Shown here: piece by piece, positions 39,203-49,082 of the stretch
Layout of the letters: the number at the start of each line of letters is the position of its first letter
Position numbering within the stretch: the stretch's first letter is position 1
Origin: Saccharofermentans sp.
Lineage (GTDB): Bacteria; Bacillota; Clostridia; Saccharofermentanales; Saccharofermentanaceae
DNA length: 64,000 bases
Reading direction: 5' to 3'
Assembly (NCBI GenBank): GCA_024403715.1
Contig: JAKSRJ010000010.1
Location: forward strand, 722-64,721
Program-made: the position numbers and the translations under genes
The notes under the pieces: model-generated
The model's input: only the letters and a program-made list of their open reading frames with translations
Database searches by the model: none
Told to the model about the DNA's origin: nothing

Positions 39203-41569
39203 ATGAAGAACGAAGTCGTTGGGGGTAGTAGACAGCCTATAGTACGCTATAAGGCTGTTTTGTGCTTTGTTATATTTATAGCCATAGTATTCAATTTCTT
39301 AATGAGCCGTTTTAATCAGAATAACGGACTGATTAGTTATACTGATGATATTCCGTTGATACAGGTTACACCTGAGATTTTTTACTACGATAAATATGAG
39401 CAGAGAGTTTATTGCGATAGTCCGAATCTTACAAATTTTGGTTTATGGTTTGGTCGATACAATAGTGAGATATCCAACAATTTGTATGTAACATTATATG
39501 ATGATAATGGAAATGAAGTTAAGACATGGCATGAATATACTAAGACTCTCCCTTGCGACAACTATGTTTTTTTTGAATTAGACGAGCCGATTAAGGATAG
39601 TCAAGGTAAATTTTATACTATATGTGTTACATCTGATACAGCTATCGGATGTGGAGTAGTCCTCTACTACTCTTCAGAAGAGACTGGCCTGATGAATAAT
39701 GGAGTAGATGTAGGTGGTGGCCTATGCTACAAGCTTGGATTTGTGCAAGAAGATGTTTTTATTAACACATTTAGTCTTGTCTCCATATTGATTTTAGCAT
39801 TTGTAGCAATAACAGTACTGTTGGTAAAAGATATCAAATGGTTTAAGCGTTTTGTAATTGTTATGCCACCGATTGCATTACTCTTTTATATGTTTTTTGT
39901 TCATGCTCCTATTGAGTTTTTCATCATTAACGTTTTGGAACTTGATTTTGTATTAATTGACTTCGTTCCAATGATGATAAGCGTTGCTATCACGATTACA
40001 TTGTTATTATCCACTGGGCTTTCATTCATTAAGTACAAATTTGGTAAGTGGATTATTGCTTTAGTTTTTGCACTTGATTTGTGTATGTATATTCAGATTA
40101 ATTTCATGAACAAAGCTCTTGGTCTTATGCTTGGATATGATGTTGAGATTGATATTGGACAAATAATCATCAATGCTTTAATCTGGCTTGGCATTTTTGT
40201 TGTTTGTTTGTTCTTTACTTGGAAATATAGCAAGTATACAAAGAAAGCAATAACCTACTTGTGCATTGCACTTTTTGTTATGCAACTATCAAGTATAGTT
40301 GTTGCATTAATTCAGAGCCCAAGCAAAGTTTTTCATGCTGATACTCAGCGTTATATTTTACGAGGAGATGAACAATACGTAGTATCATCACAAGATAATG
40401 TAATAGTATTTGTTCTAGATACTTATAGTAGTACGTATTTTGATATTGTGACGGAAGAGTATCCTGAGGTTGTTGATTTACTTCATGATTTTACTTACTA
40501 CAACAACGCTGACAGCAAGTATATGACTACAACTTATTCTCTAAACTATCTTTTATCTGGTTATGAGTGGGAATCTGATGTTACCAAAGATAAATTCTTT
40601 TATAATGCTTGGACAAGCGATAGTTGTAATGAGTTTTATTCAGATTTGGAAAACCAGAACTATGTTTTCAATTTTTATTCCGATGTTGGTGGTTACACCG
40701 TAATCGAAGACAGTGAGATAATTACAAGTAAGATTAATAATCTGGAATATGGTTATTATGGTGAACGTGCATATATTGTTGATTCACAAGAGCTTCTAGA
40801 TTTGCTGATTCATTCTAGTGCTTTTAGGTTTGCACCTTTGATGTTAAAGCAGCAGTTCTTATTTTCCGTTGGTGATTTTTCTCCTGTATCCGATAATGTT
40901 GGATCAAATCAGCAATCTATTGTGCCTATAGCTACTCTTAACCATGAGTTTTATCAAGGACTCCTCGAAAATGGTCTGTCTGTTGATGATAGTCATAATT
41001 ACTATATTATTCATCATACAGATGGAATACATCCTCCTTATAGAATAAATGAGAATTGCGAACACGATGAGAACGCTAATGTTCTACAAACAGCAAGAGG
41101 TTGTTTTGTATATATTGAAGAATACATTAATCAGATGATTTCACTTGGTGTTTATGATAATTCAACAATCATTATCTTGGCAGACCACGGCATTCACGGT
41201 GATCCTAATAATGCACAGACAATTTTTGTAATTAAGAGACCGAATGAGCATCATGATAGTATGGAGGTTAATAGCTCTCCTATTTCTTACGAGGACTATC
41301 AACCAACTATTTTGGATTGTATTGGTGTTGATTATTCTAATATTGGTACTTCCATATATGATCATTATCCAGATGAATTAAGAGAAAGAACGCTGTATTT
41401 TCCTGGGTATATCCTAGACTATCCTCCGGTGCCTTTATACGGTTCTCAAAATGTTAATGGTATGTATAATGGATTTAGAATTATTACTTATACTGGTGAT
41501 AGAGACACCCTAAGAGCTATGAATACCATACAGACAGGCACTATCCCTTGGGTTGATTCACTGGATTAA
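39203..41569 (+). CDS. Membrane-anchored sulfatase/LtaS-like phosphotransferase (module A)
   Basis: N-terminal TM plus beta domain, about 6 TMs, then NVIVFVLDTY, FTYYNN, TTTYSL (putative nucleophile Thr), GIHPPY, LGVYDNSTIIILADHG, PISYEDYQPTIL. Confidence 0.75.
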   Translation: MKNEVVGGSRQPIVRYKAVLCFVIFIAIVFNFLMSRFNQNNGLISYTDDIPLIQVTPEIFYYDKYEQRVYCDSPNLTNFGLWFGRYNSEISNNLYVTLYDDNGNEVKTWHEYTKTLPCDNYVFFELDEPIKDSQGKFYTICVTSDTAIGCGVVLYYSSEETGLMNNGVDVGGGLCYKLGFVQEDVFINTFSLVSILILAFVAITVLLVKDIKWFKRFVIVMPPIALLFYMFFVHAPIEFFIINVLELDFVLIDFVPMMISVAITITLLLSTGLSFIKYKFGKWIIALVFALDLCMYIQINFMNKALGLMLGYDVEIDIGQIIINALIWLGIFVVCLFFTWKYSKYTKKAITYLCIALFVMQLSSIVVALIQSPSKVFHADTQRYILRGDEQYVVSSQDNVIVFVLDTYSSTYFDIVTEEYPEVVDLLHDFTYYNNADSKYMTTTYSLNYLLSGYEWESDVTKDKFFYNAWTSDSCNEFYSDLENQNYVFNFYSDVGGYTVIEDSEIITSKINNLEYGYYGERAYIVDSQELLDLLIHSSAFRFAPLMLKQQFLFSVGDFSPVSDNVGSNQQSIVPIATLNHEFYQGLLENGLSVDDSHNYYIIHHTDGIHPPYRINENCEHDENANVLQTARGCFVYIEEYINQMISLGVYDNSTIIILADHGIHGDPNNAQTIFVIKRPNEHHDSMEVNSSPISYEDYQPTILDCIGVDYSNIGTSIYDHYPDELRERTLYFPGYILDYPPVPLYGSQNVNGMYNGFRIITYTGDRDTLRAMNTIQTGTIPWVDSLD

Positions 41570-41590
41570 TCAGTTAGTGAGGTTTGGTTT

Positions 41591-43495
41591 GTGCAATACT
41601 GGACAACTTTTTTAAGCTGGATAATGGATTTTTGTTACGGCATATCAGGGAATTATGGTGTTGCAATTATTCTGTTTACCTTTGTTAGTAAAATCCTATT
41701 ACTTCCAGTCTCAATTTGGACGTATTACAACTCTATAAAAATGATAAAAATTCAGCCTGATATCAACATGCTCAAAGTTCAGTACTACGGGCAAAGAGAT
41801 ATCATAGCGGAAAAGGAAGCTGAACTTCAAAAAGAAGCTGGCTATCACCCATTATTAAGTACAATACCTCTAATTATTCAACTAGTTCTTCTTATGGGCG
41901 TGGTTGAAGTAATCAAATTAGGAATTGCCAATCCTGATATTGATATGTCTTTTCTAGGTACAAATCTCGGACTGGTTCCTAAGGATGAAGGATTGCGATT
42001 ACTATGGGTGCCACTAATTGCCGGTGTTTCATCTTATCTTCTTTGCATAGCTCAGAACAAATCTAATGTACTACAGTCAGAACAATCTGCCGCTAATAAA
42101 GTAGGTACGATGCTGTTTTCAGTAGGTCTAAGTGTGTATCTAGGTTGGTTTGTATTCCTAGGTACAGTATCTTACTGGATTTGGAGCAACTTGTTTGCTA
42201 TTTTGCAGCTGTATATTCTTAATGCAATAATTCGTCCACGCCGTTTTGTTGACTATGAAAAGCTTGAGAAGAGCCGTAAGGAATTGGCTTCTATTCAAAG
42301 TACTGGCAAGAAAAAGGGAGAAGGATTCTTTTCTACTAATGCAAGAAGAGAGCGAGAAGATTATAAGAGATTTTTTTCTGTTGTAAATAAACATCTCGTT
42401 TTTTATTCTGAATCCAATGGTTTCTATAAGTACTTCAAAGGTTATATTGAATACTTGTTGAAAAATACTAATATCACAATTCATTACATTACATCTGATC
42501 CGGATGATATGATTTTTGAAAAGGCAAAAAATGAGCCTAAGCTTAGAGCTTATTATATCGGTGAGAACAAACTTATAACTCTCATGATGAAAATGGAATC
42601 CGATATTGTAGTTATGACTATGCCTGATTTAGAAACGTATCATATTAAGCGCAGTTACATAAAAAAGGATATTGAATATATTTATGTTCCTCATGGTGTG
42701 GGTAGTAACAATCTGACTATGAGAAAGGGAAGTATGGATCATTTTGATACCATTTTTTGTGTTGGGCCACATCAAAGAGATGAGGTAGTCGAGACAGAAA
42801 AACTTTATGGTCTTCCTTCAAAGAAATGCGTAGAAGTTGGATATCCTTTAGTAGATGAGATTAGAGCAAACTATAAAGCCTCCATTCAAAAGACTAATGA
42901 CAAACCAATGATATTAATTGCACCATCTTGGCAGAAAGATAATATTGTCGATAGTTGTTTAAATGATATTTTGGATGGCTTACAAGGTAAAGGATATAGA
43001 ATTATTGTCAGACCTCATCCTCAGGAAGTGCGTATGAAGCAGGCTTTAATGGATTCATTGAAGTCTAAGTATGCAGATTGTGAAGACATCGATATTCAAA
43101 CTGATTTTTCGTCTAACAATCCAATAATGGAGGCAGATTTACTTATTACGGATTGGTCTGGTATTTGCTGGGAATATGCGTTTACAACCAATAGACCAGT
43201 ATTGTTTATTGATACACCTATGAAGGTTATGAATCCAGAATACGATAAGATTCCAGTTGTTCCACTCAATATCTTGTTGAGAACCGAGATTGGTGAGACT
43301 TTGGCGTTGGGAAAGATAGGTGATATTAATGACAGTGTTAAGCGATTGCTTTTGAATACAGCTACGTATAATGATAAAATTAATAGATTAGCGAGTGAGT
43401 TTATATATAATCTTGACTCTTCTGATGAGATTGGAGCGAATTATATAATAGAATCTTTGCGAGATAAGATTAAGAGAAAAAAGGAGCAGAAGTAA
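41591..43495 (+). CDS. YidC/Oxa1-like domain fused to CDP-glycerol glycerophosphotransferase (TagB/TagF-like) domain
   Basis: N-terminus GNYGVAIILFT..SKILLLP...KIQP.I..LK..Y...HPL....PLIIQ...YWIWSNLFAILQ is YidC-like. C-terminus PHG, GYP..D, ILIAPSW, IIVRPHPQ, ADLLITDWSGI.WEY is TagF-like. Confidence 0.8.
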   Translation: MQYWTTFLSWIMDFCYGISGNYGVAIILFTFVSKILLLPVSIWTYYNSIKMIKIQPDINMLKVQYYGQRDIIAEKEAELQKEAGYHPLLSTIPLIIQLVLLMGVVEVIKLGIANPDIDMSFLGTNLGLVPKDEGLRLLWVPLIAGVSSYLLCIAQNKSNVLQSEQSAANKVGTMLFSVGLSVYLGWFVFLGTVSYWIWSNLFAILQLYILNAIIRPRRFVDYEKLEKSRKELASIQSTGKKKGEGFFSTNARREREDYKRFFSVVNKHLVFYSESNGFYKYFKGYIEYLLKNTNITIHYITSDPDDMIFEKAKNEPKLRAYYIGENKLITLMMKMESDIVVMTMPDLETYHIKRSYIKKDIEYIYVPHGVGSNNLTMRKGSMDHFDTIFCVGPHQRDEVVETEKLYGLPSKKCVEVGYPLVDEIRANYKASIQKTNDKPMILIAPSWQKDNIVDSCLNDILDGLQGKGYRIIVRPHPQEVRMKQALMDSLKSKYADCEDIDIQTDFSSNNPIMEADLLITDWSGICWEYAFTTNRPVLFIDTPMKVMNPEYDKIPVVPLNILLRTEIGETLALGKIGDINDSVKRLLLNTATYNDKINRLASEFIYNLDSSDEIGANYIIESLRDKIKRKKEQK

Positions 43496-43680
43496 TGTTC
43501 AATATCAACTTGTATATTGATCCATCTGTAATGACATATCTTGTTCAGGCTATTGCTGGTGTTGTAATTGCTGTTGGTGCAGTTGCTACAATTTGGATTA
43601 GAAAGGCAAAGAAAAAAGTTAGCGATAAACTCGGTATTGATGAGAATCGCAATAAAGAAGTTGAATCTGACGACATCTGA
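43495..43680 (+). CDS. 61-aa single-TM 'LYIDP' membrane peptide
   Basis: AAGGAG SD at 43481-43486, TAATG translational coupling to the upstream gene, NLYIDP plus TM plus basic RKAKKK. Same N-terminal motif as the 54343 ORF. Confidence 0.75.
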   Translation: MFNINLYIDPSVMTYLVQAIAGVVIAVGAVATIWIRKAKKKVSDKLGIDENRNKEVESDDI

Positions 43681-43691
43681 TAGGTGATGAT

Positions 43692-44714
43692 ATGAAAAAA
43701 CTTTTGATAAATGGTGGATGTGGTTTTCTTGGAAGTAATCTAGCAAGCTATGGCATTAAGAATGGTTATGATGTTACGGTTTTGGATAACTTATCAAGAC
43801 TTGGTAGTAGCCAGAACCTAGAATGGCTCAGAAGTCTTGGTGATGTTAAATTCATTCATGGAGATACTCGTAATAAGAATGATGTAGAGACTGTAATCAA
43901 GAATGGACAGTTTGATTCTGTTTTTCAGTTAGCAGGGCAGGTTGCCATGACAACTTCTATCGAGAATCCTTATAAGGACTTTGAGATTAATACAATGGGT
44001 GCACTTAATGTACTTGATTCCATTCGTAAGTATAGTCCAGAGACATCAGTATTTTTCTCTTCTACAAATAAGGTATATGGCGACTTGGAACAGTATACAT
44101 ATGAAGAGACAGATAAGCGTTATATCTGTAAAGAATTTCCTAATGGATTTGACGAATCGGTTCCTCTTGATTTTAGATCTCCATATGGATGTTCTAAGGG
44201 TGCAGCAGACCAGTATATGCTCGATTTTTCAAGAATCTTTGGAGTTAAAGCTACTGTTTTTAGACATTCTTCAATGTATGGTAGCAGACAGTTCGCTACA
44301 TACGACCAGGGATGGATTGGTTGGTTTGTAGCCAAGGCTATTGAGAAGTATCAGGATACTAACTGTGCTCCATTTACTATTTCCGGTAATGGTAAGCAGG
44401 TTAGAGATATTCTTCACGCAGAAGATATGATTTCTCTTTATTTTACAGCGCTAGAGAATGTAGATAAGGTTTATGGCGAAGCTTATAACATCGGAGGTTC
44501 TATGGAGCAGTCGTTGTCTTTGCTTGAGCTTTTCGACTTGCTTAACGAGCTTTTGGACATCAAGATGGAATATACACAGCTTCCACCTAGAATTTCCGAT
44601 CAAAAGGTATTTGTAGCCGATATTAGCAAGATTAATTCTAAGATTGGCTGGACTCCTAAGGTAACTGCAAGAGCTGGTGTAACAGCAATGATAGATTGGG
44701 TTAAGGAAATCTAA
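43692..44714 (+). CDS. rfbE: CDP-paratose 2-epimerase (CDP-tyvelose synthase)
   Basis: GGCGFLGSNLA, LAGQVAMTTSI, SSTNKVYGDLEQY, SPYGCSKGAADQYMLD, FRHSSMYG.RQFATYDQGW.GWF, ISGNGKQVRD.LHAEDMISLYFTAL: near-verbatim to Salmonella/Yersinia Tyv as I recall it. Confidence 0.92.
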   Translation: MKKLLINGGCGFLGSNLASYGIKNGYDVTVLDNLSRLGSSQNLEWLRSLGDVKFIHGDTRNKNDVETVIKNGQFDSVFQLAGQVAMTTSIENPYKDFEINTMGALNVLDSIRKYSPETSVFFSSTNKVYGDLEQYTYEETDKRYICKEFPNGFDESVPLDFRSPYGCSKGAADQYMLDFSRIFGVKATVFRHSSMYGSRQFATYDQGWIGWFVAKAIEKYQDTNCAPFTISGNGKQVRDILHAEDMISLYFTALENVDKVYGEAYNIGGSMEQSLSLLELFDLLNELLDIKMEYTQLPPRISDQKVFVADISKINSKIGWTPKVTARAGVTAMIDWVKEI

Positions 44715-44715
44715 T

Positions 44716-45426
44716 ATGGCTAATATTTCTGTAGTTTTACCTGCGTATAAAGAAGCAGATAATCTCAAGAAGCTTCTTCCTAAGATTAGAGAAGTATTGG
44801 AGGAAGTATGTGAGAATTGGGAAATCTTAGTTGTAGATGCTATGGAGCCTACTGGCGATAATACCGAGGCTATTTGTGTTTCTACTGGTGCAACTTATTT
44901 GCCAAGAAGGGGCGGTAATCTCTATGGTGATGCCATAAGGACTGGCTTTAAGGATGCTCAGTATGAGTATATTGTAGTACTTGATGCGGATTGCTCTCAC
45001 CATCCTGAAGATATTAAGAGAATGCTTAATACAATTCAGAGTGAAGATGCTGATTTAATTATCGGTTCCCGTTATATGAAGGGTGGATACACTGATAATC
45101 CATGGATTTTAAGATTTATGTCTTATATCTTGAATGTAACTTACAGAGTTATGTTTCATCTTAAGGTTAAGGATGTATCTGACAGCTACAGACTTTATCG
45201 TGCTGACAAGATTAAAAAAATTCACTTGGAATGTGATAACTTTGATATCGTCGAAGAGATTCTTATCATGCTCAAACTGAAGTATCCAGGTATTAAGATT
45301 ATTGAGATTCCTGTATCATTTGAGAAGAGAGATCAGGGGCAGTCTAAGCGAGATTTGGGTAAGTTCATTCTTTCTTATCTCAAGACTATGCGTAAGTTGT
45401 TAAGTATTCAGAGAAGGAATAGATGA
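44716..45426 (+). CDS. Polyprenol-phosphate glycosyltransferase (DPM1-like GT2)
   Basis: [62 protein letters not shown]. Confidence 0.8.
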   Translation: MANISVVLPAYKEADNLKKLLPKIREVLEEVCENWEILVVDAMEPTGDNTEAICVSTGATYLPRRGGNLYGDAIRTGFKDAQYEYIVVLDADCSHHPEDIKRMLNTIQSEDADLIIGSRYMKGGYTDNPWILRFMSYILNVTYRVMFHLKVKDVSDSYRLYRADKIKKIHLECDNFDIVEEILIMLKLKYPGIKIIEIPVSFEKRDQGQSKRDLGKFILSYLKTMRKLLSIQRRNR

Positions 45427-45436
45427 GAGGTTTAAT

Positions 45437-46330
45437 ATGAAGGGAATTGTATTAGCAGGCGGTTCAGGAACAAGACTATATCCACTCACAAGAGTAACCA
45501 GTAAGCAGCTTTTGCCTGTCTATGATAAGCCTATGATTTACTATCCTTTGTCTGTACTTATGAGTGCAGGTATTAGAGATATACTTATTATTTCGACTCC
45601 AGACGATACCCCTAGATTTGAGTCTTTGCTTGGAGATGGTCACCAGTTTGGAATCAATCTTAGTTATGCTATACAGCCATCTCCAGATGGGCTTGCACAA
45701 GCTTTCATCATTGGTGCTGATTTTATAGGCGATGATAGTGTAGCGATGGTTCTTGGCGATAATATTTTCGCTGGTCACGGTTTAGGCTATAAGCTTCATC
45801 AAGCTGTTCGAAATGCAGAGGAAAACGGTGGGGCAACTGTATTTGGTTACTATGTAGAAGATCCGGAGAGATTCGGTATTGTTGAATTTGATAAGGATTG
45901 GCGAGCAATCTCTATTGAAGAAAAACCACAGAAGCCTAAGAGTAACTATTGCGTTACTGGTCTTTATTTCTACGACAATGATGTAGTTAAATTTGCTCGT
46001 AACTTAAAGCCTTCTGCTAGAGGCGAATTAGAGATTACGGACCTTAATAGAATATACCTTGAGCAGGGTAGACTTAATGTTGATATCTTAGGCCAGGGCT
46101 TCACATGGCTTGATACAGGCACACACGAAAGCTTATTTGATGCTGGTAATTTCATCAAGACTTTTGAGCAACATCAGCATCGTAAAATAGGATGTCTTGA
46201 AGATATTGCTTATAACAATGGTTGGATTTCAAGAGAAATGGTTGAAGAGACTATTAGAATTATGGGTAAGAGTCAGTATGGCCAGTATCTTAAGGATGTT
46301 TTAGAGGGGAAGTATATTAACAAGGTATGA
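45437..46330 (+). CDS. rmlA: Glucose-1-phosphate thymidylyltransferase
   Basis: [65 protein letters not shown]. Confidence 0.96.
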   Translation: MKGIVLAGGSGTRLYPLTRVTSKQLLPVYDKPMIYYPLSVLMSAGIRDILIISTPDDTPRFESLLGDGHQFGINLSYAIQPSPDGLAQAFIIGADFIGDDSVAMVLGDNIFAGHGLGYKLHQAVRNAEENGGATVFGYYVEDPERFGIVEFDKDWRAISIEEKPQKPKSNYCVTGLYFYDNDVVKFARNLKPSARGELEITDLNRIYLEQGRLNVDILGQGFTWLDTGTHESLFDAGNFIKTFEQHQHRKIGCLEDIAYNNGWISREMVEETIRIMGKSQYGQYLKDVLEGKYINKV

Positions 46331-47160
46331 CAAGTCCTGTAGTAAGTATATGTTTACCAATATATAACGGCGCGAGATTTTTGAAAATTGCGATAGAATC
46401 TGTGCTCAATCAGACTTATTCCAATTTTGAGTTAATCATTTGCGATGATTGCTCTAGTGATAATAGTCCTGAAATAGTTGAGAAGTATAACGATTCTAGA
46501 ATTAAATTTTATAAAAATGAAAAAAACCTGGGGCTTGTAGGTAATTGGAATAATAGTTTTTCTTATGCTACTGGTAAGTATATTAAATTGATGATGCAAG
46601 ATGATTATTTGTATCCAAATGCTATTGCAAAGCAAGTTGAGCTTTTGGAATTGTATCCTCAAGCGTCATTGTGCATTGGTAATACATCCGTTATTAATGA
46701 AAACGGCGACGTAGTTTGTAATCGTAATCGATTTAATAAAGATGGTGTTATTGATGGCAGAATGTTTGCCAAGAAGGCTTTAAGAGGTCGTAATCTCTTT
46801 TGCGAACCACCTAACGTTATGTTCAGAAAAGAAACCGTTAATCGGGTTGGGGAATTTGATAATTCATTTACTTATGCTCCTGATTGGGATTTTTGTATTA
46901 GCATATCTTCGATAGGTGATGTAGCCTATACAAACGATAAGGTAATGGATTTCAGAATATCTGATATATCTGAGACAAACAGAGTGCTTAATCAGAATGC
47001 AGGAGCGTCGACGCTAGGCGATTGTGACAGAATGTTCTTGAAGCACTACAATGCGAAGATAATACCTCTAAATGCAATTGATTATGCTATATTTAAAACT
47101 ACAGTTAGACTTTTGGCATTGGCTAGAGTTATTGTATTGAGAATTAGAAAAAAAAGATGA
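46327..47160 (+). CDS. GT2 glycosyltransferase
   Basis: [52 protein letters not shown]. Confidence 0.88.
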   Translation: MTSPVVSICLPIYNGARFLKIAIESVLNQTYSNFELIICDDCSSDNSPEIVEKYNDSRIKFYKNEKNLGLVGNWNNSFSYATGKYIKLMMQDDYLYPNAIAKQVELLELYPQASLCIGNTSVINENGDVVCNRNRFNKDGVIDGRMFAKKALRGRNLFCEPPNVMFRKETVNRVGEFDNSFTYAPDWDFCISISSIGDVAYTNDKVMDFRISDISETNRVLNQNAGASTLGDCDRMFLKHYNAKIIPLNAIDYAIFKTTVRLLALARVIVLRIRKKR

Positions 47161-47168
47161 GGGCTAAT

Positions 47169-48188
47169 ATGAATATTATTGTAACAGGTGGAGCAGGCTT
47201 TATTGGATCTAACTTCGTATTCCATATGCTTAAGGATCACCCAGATTATAGAATTATCTGTCTTGATAAGCTTACATATGCAGGTAATCTTTCTACATTA
47301 GAGCCTGTAATGGATAACCCTAACTTCAGATTTGTTAAGGCCGATATCTGTGATAAGGAAGCTGTAGAAAAGCTTTTCGAAGAGGAAAAGCCAGACATCG
47401 TAGTTAACTTTGCAGCTGAGTCTCATGTAGACCGTTCTATCGAGAATCCACAGATTTTCTTGGAGACAAATATCATCGGTACATCTGTATTGATGGATGC
47501 TTGCCGTAAGTATGGAATTAAGAGATATCACCAGGTTTCTACTGATGAGGTATATGGTGATCTTCCACTCGATAGACCTGACCTCTTCTTTACAGAGGAG
47601 ACACCTATCCACACATCTTCTCCATACTCATCTTCTAAGGCTGGAGCAGATTTGCTAGTTCTTGCTTACCACAGAACTTATGGTTTGCCAGTAACAATTT
47701 CTAGATGCTCTAATAACTATGGTCCTTACCATTTCCCAGAGAAGCTTATTCCTCTCATGATTGCCAATGCTTTGAACGATAAGCCACTCCCTGTTTACGG
47801 TGAGGGATTAAATGTAAGAGACTGGCTTTATGTTGAGGATCACTGCAAGGCAATCGACCTCATTATCCATAAGGGCAGAGTAGGCGAGGTTTATAACATT
47901 GGTGGTCATAACGAGATGAAGAATATCGATATCGTTAAGATTATCTGTAAGGAGCTTAATAAGCCTGAAAGCCTTATCACATACGTAACTGACCGTAAGG
48001 GTCACGATATGCGTTATGCTATCGATCCAACAAAGATTCATAATGAACTTGGATGGCTTCCTGAGACAATGTTTGCTGATGGCATCAAGAAGACTATTAA
48101 GTGGTACCTCGATAATAAGGAATGGTGGGAGACAATCATTTCTGGCGAGTATCAGAACTACTATGAGAAGATGTACGGAGATAAGTAA
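47169..48188 (+). CDS. rmlB: dTDP-glucose 4,6-dehydratase
   Basis: VTGGAGFIGSNF, DKLTYAGN, FAAESHVDRSI, VSTDEVYG, SPYSSSKA, CSNNYGPY.FPEKLIP, DRKGHDMRYAID. Confidence 0.96.
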   Translation: MNIIVTGGAGFIGSNFVFHMLKDHPDYRIICLDKLTYAGNLSTLEPVMDNPNFRFVKADICDKEAVEKLFEEEKPDIVVNFAAESHVDRSIENPQIFLETNIIGTSVLMDACRKYGIKRYHQVSTDEVYGDLPLDRPDLFFTEETPIHTSSPYSSSKAGADLLVLAYHRTYGLPVTISRCSNNYGPYHFPEKLIPLMIANALNDKPLPVYGEGLNVRDWLYVEDHCKAIDLIIHKGRVGEVYNIGGHNEMKNIDIVKIICKELNKPESLITYVTDRKGHDMRYAIDPTKIHNELGWLPETMFADGIKKTIKWYLDNKEWWETIISGEYQNYYEKMYGDK

Positions 48189-48191
48189 TTA

Positions 48192-49082
48192 ATGAAGGTC
48201 TTTGTAACAGGTGTAGGTGGTCAGCTCGGATTCGATGTAATGAATGAGCTTTATAAGAGAGGTTATGAAGGTATCGGTTCTGATATCTTGGATTCTGTTG
48301 ATTCCAGCTATCCTTACGTAAAGCTCGATATTACAAATGAGCAGCAAGTTACTAGGGTTATTAAGGATATTAAGCCTGACGTCATTATTCACTGTGCAGC
48401 TTGGACTGCTGTAGATGCTGCTGAAGATGAAGAAAATCAGCCAAAGGTAAGAGCTATTAATAGCGAAGGTACAAGATACATTGCTATGGCTGCATCTATG
48501 GTAGACAGCAAAATGATTTATATCAGTACTGACTATATTTTTGACGGTCAGGGGGAGAGACCTTGGCAGCCAGATGATAAGAACTTTGCTCCGCTTAATG
48601 TATATGGACAGACTAAGCTCGATGGCGAGATGGCTGTATCTGGTATCCTCGAGAAGTTCTTTATTGTAAGAATCGCGTGGGTGTTTGGTAAGAATGGTAA
48701 GAACTTCATCAAGACTATGCTTAATGTAGGCAAAAAGTTTGAAGAAGTTAGAGTTGTTAATGATCAGGTTGGAACACCAACTTATACTTTTGACTTAGCA
48801 CGCTTGTTAGTTGATATGTCTGAGACAGAAAAGTATGGTTACTATCATGCGACTAATGAGGGTGGTTATATTTCTTGGTATGATTTTACATGCGAGATAT
48901 ATAAGCAGGCTGGACTATCGACTAAAGTTAATTCGGTAACAACGAAGGAGTATGGCCTTTCTAAAGCAGCAAGACCTTTTAACTCACGCCTTGATAAGAG
49001 CAAACTTATAGAAAATGGCTTTACACCTTTGCCAACATGGCAGGATGCACTCTCTAGATACTTAAAGGAGATTGAAGAATAA
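48192..49082 (+). CDS. rmlD: dTDP-4-dehydrorhamnose reductase
   Basis: VTGVGGQLG, HCAAWTAVDAAE, ISTDYIFDG, YGQTKLDGE, VVNDQVGTPT, AARPFNSRL. Confidence 0.95.
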   Translation: MKVFVTGVGGQLGFDVMNELYKRGYEGIGSDILDSVDSSYPYVKLDITNEQQVTRVIKDIKPDVIIHCAAWTAVDAAEDEENQPKVRAINSEGTRYIAMAASMVDSKMIYISTDYIFDGQGERPWQPDDKNFAPLNVYGQTKLDGEMAVSGILEKFFIVRIAWVFGKNGKNFIKTMLNVGKKFEEVRVVNDQVGTPTYTFDLARLLVDMSETEKYGYYHATNEGGYISWYDFTCEIYKQAGLSTKVNSVTTKEYGLSKAARPFNSRLDKSKLIENGFTPLPTWQDALSRYLKEIEE

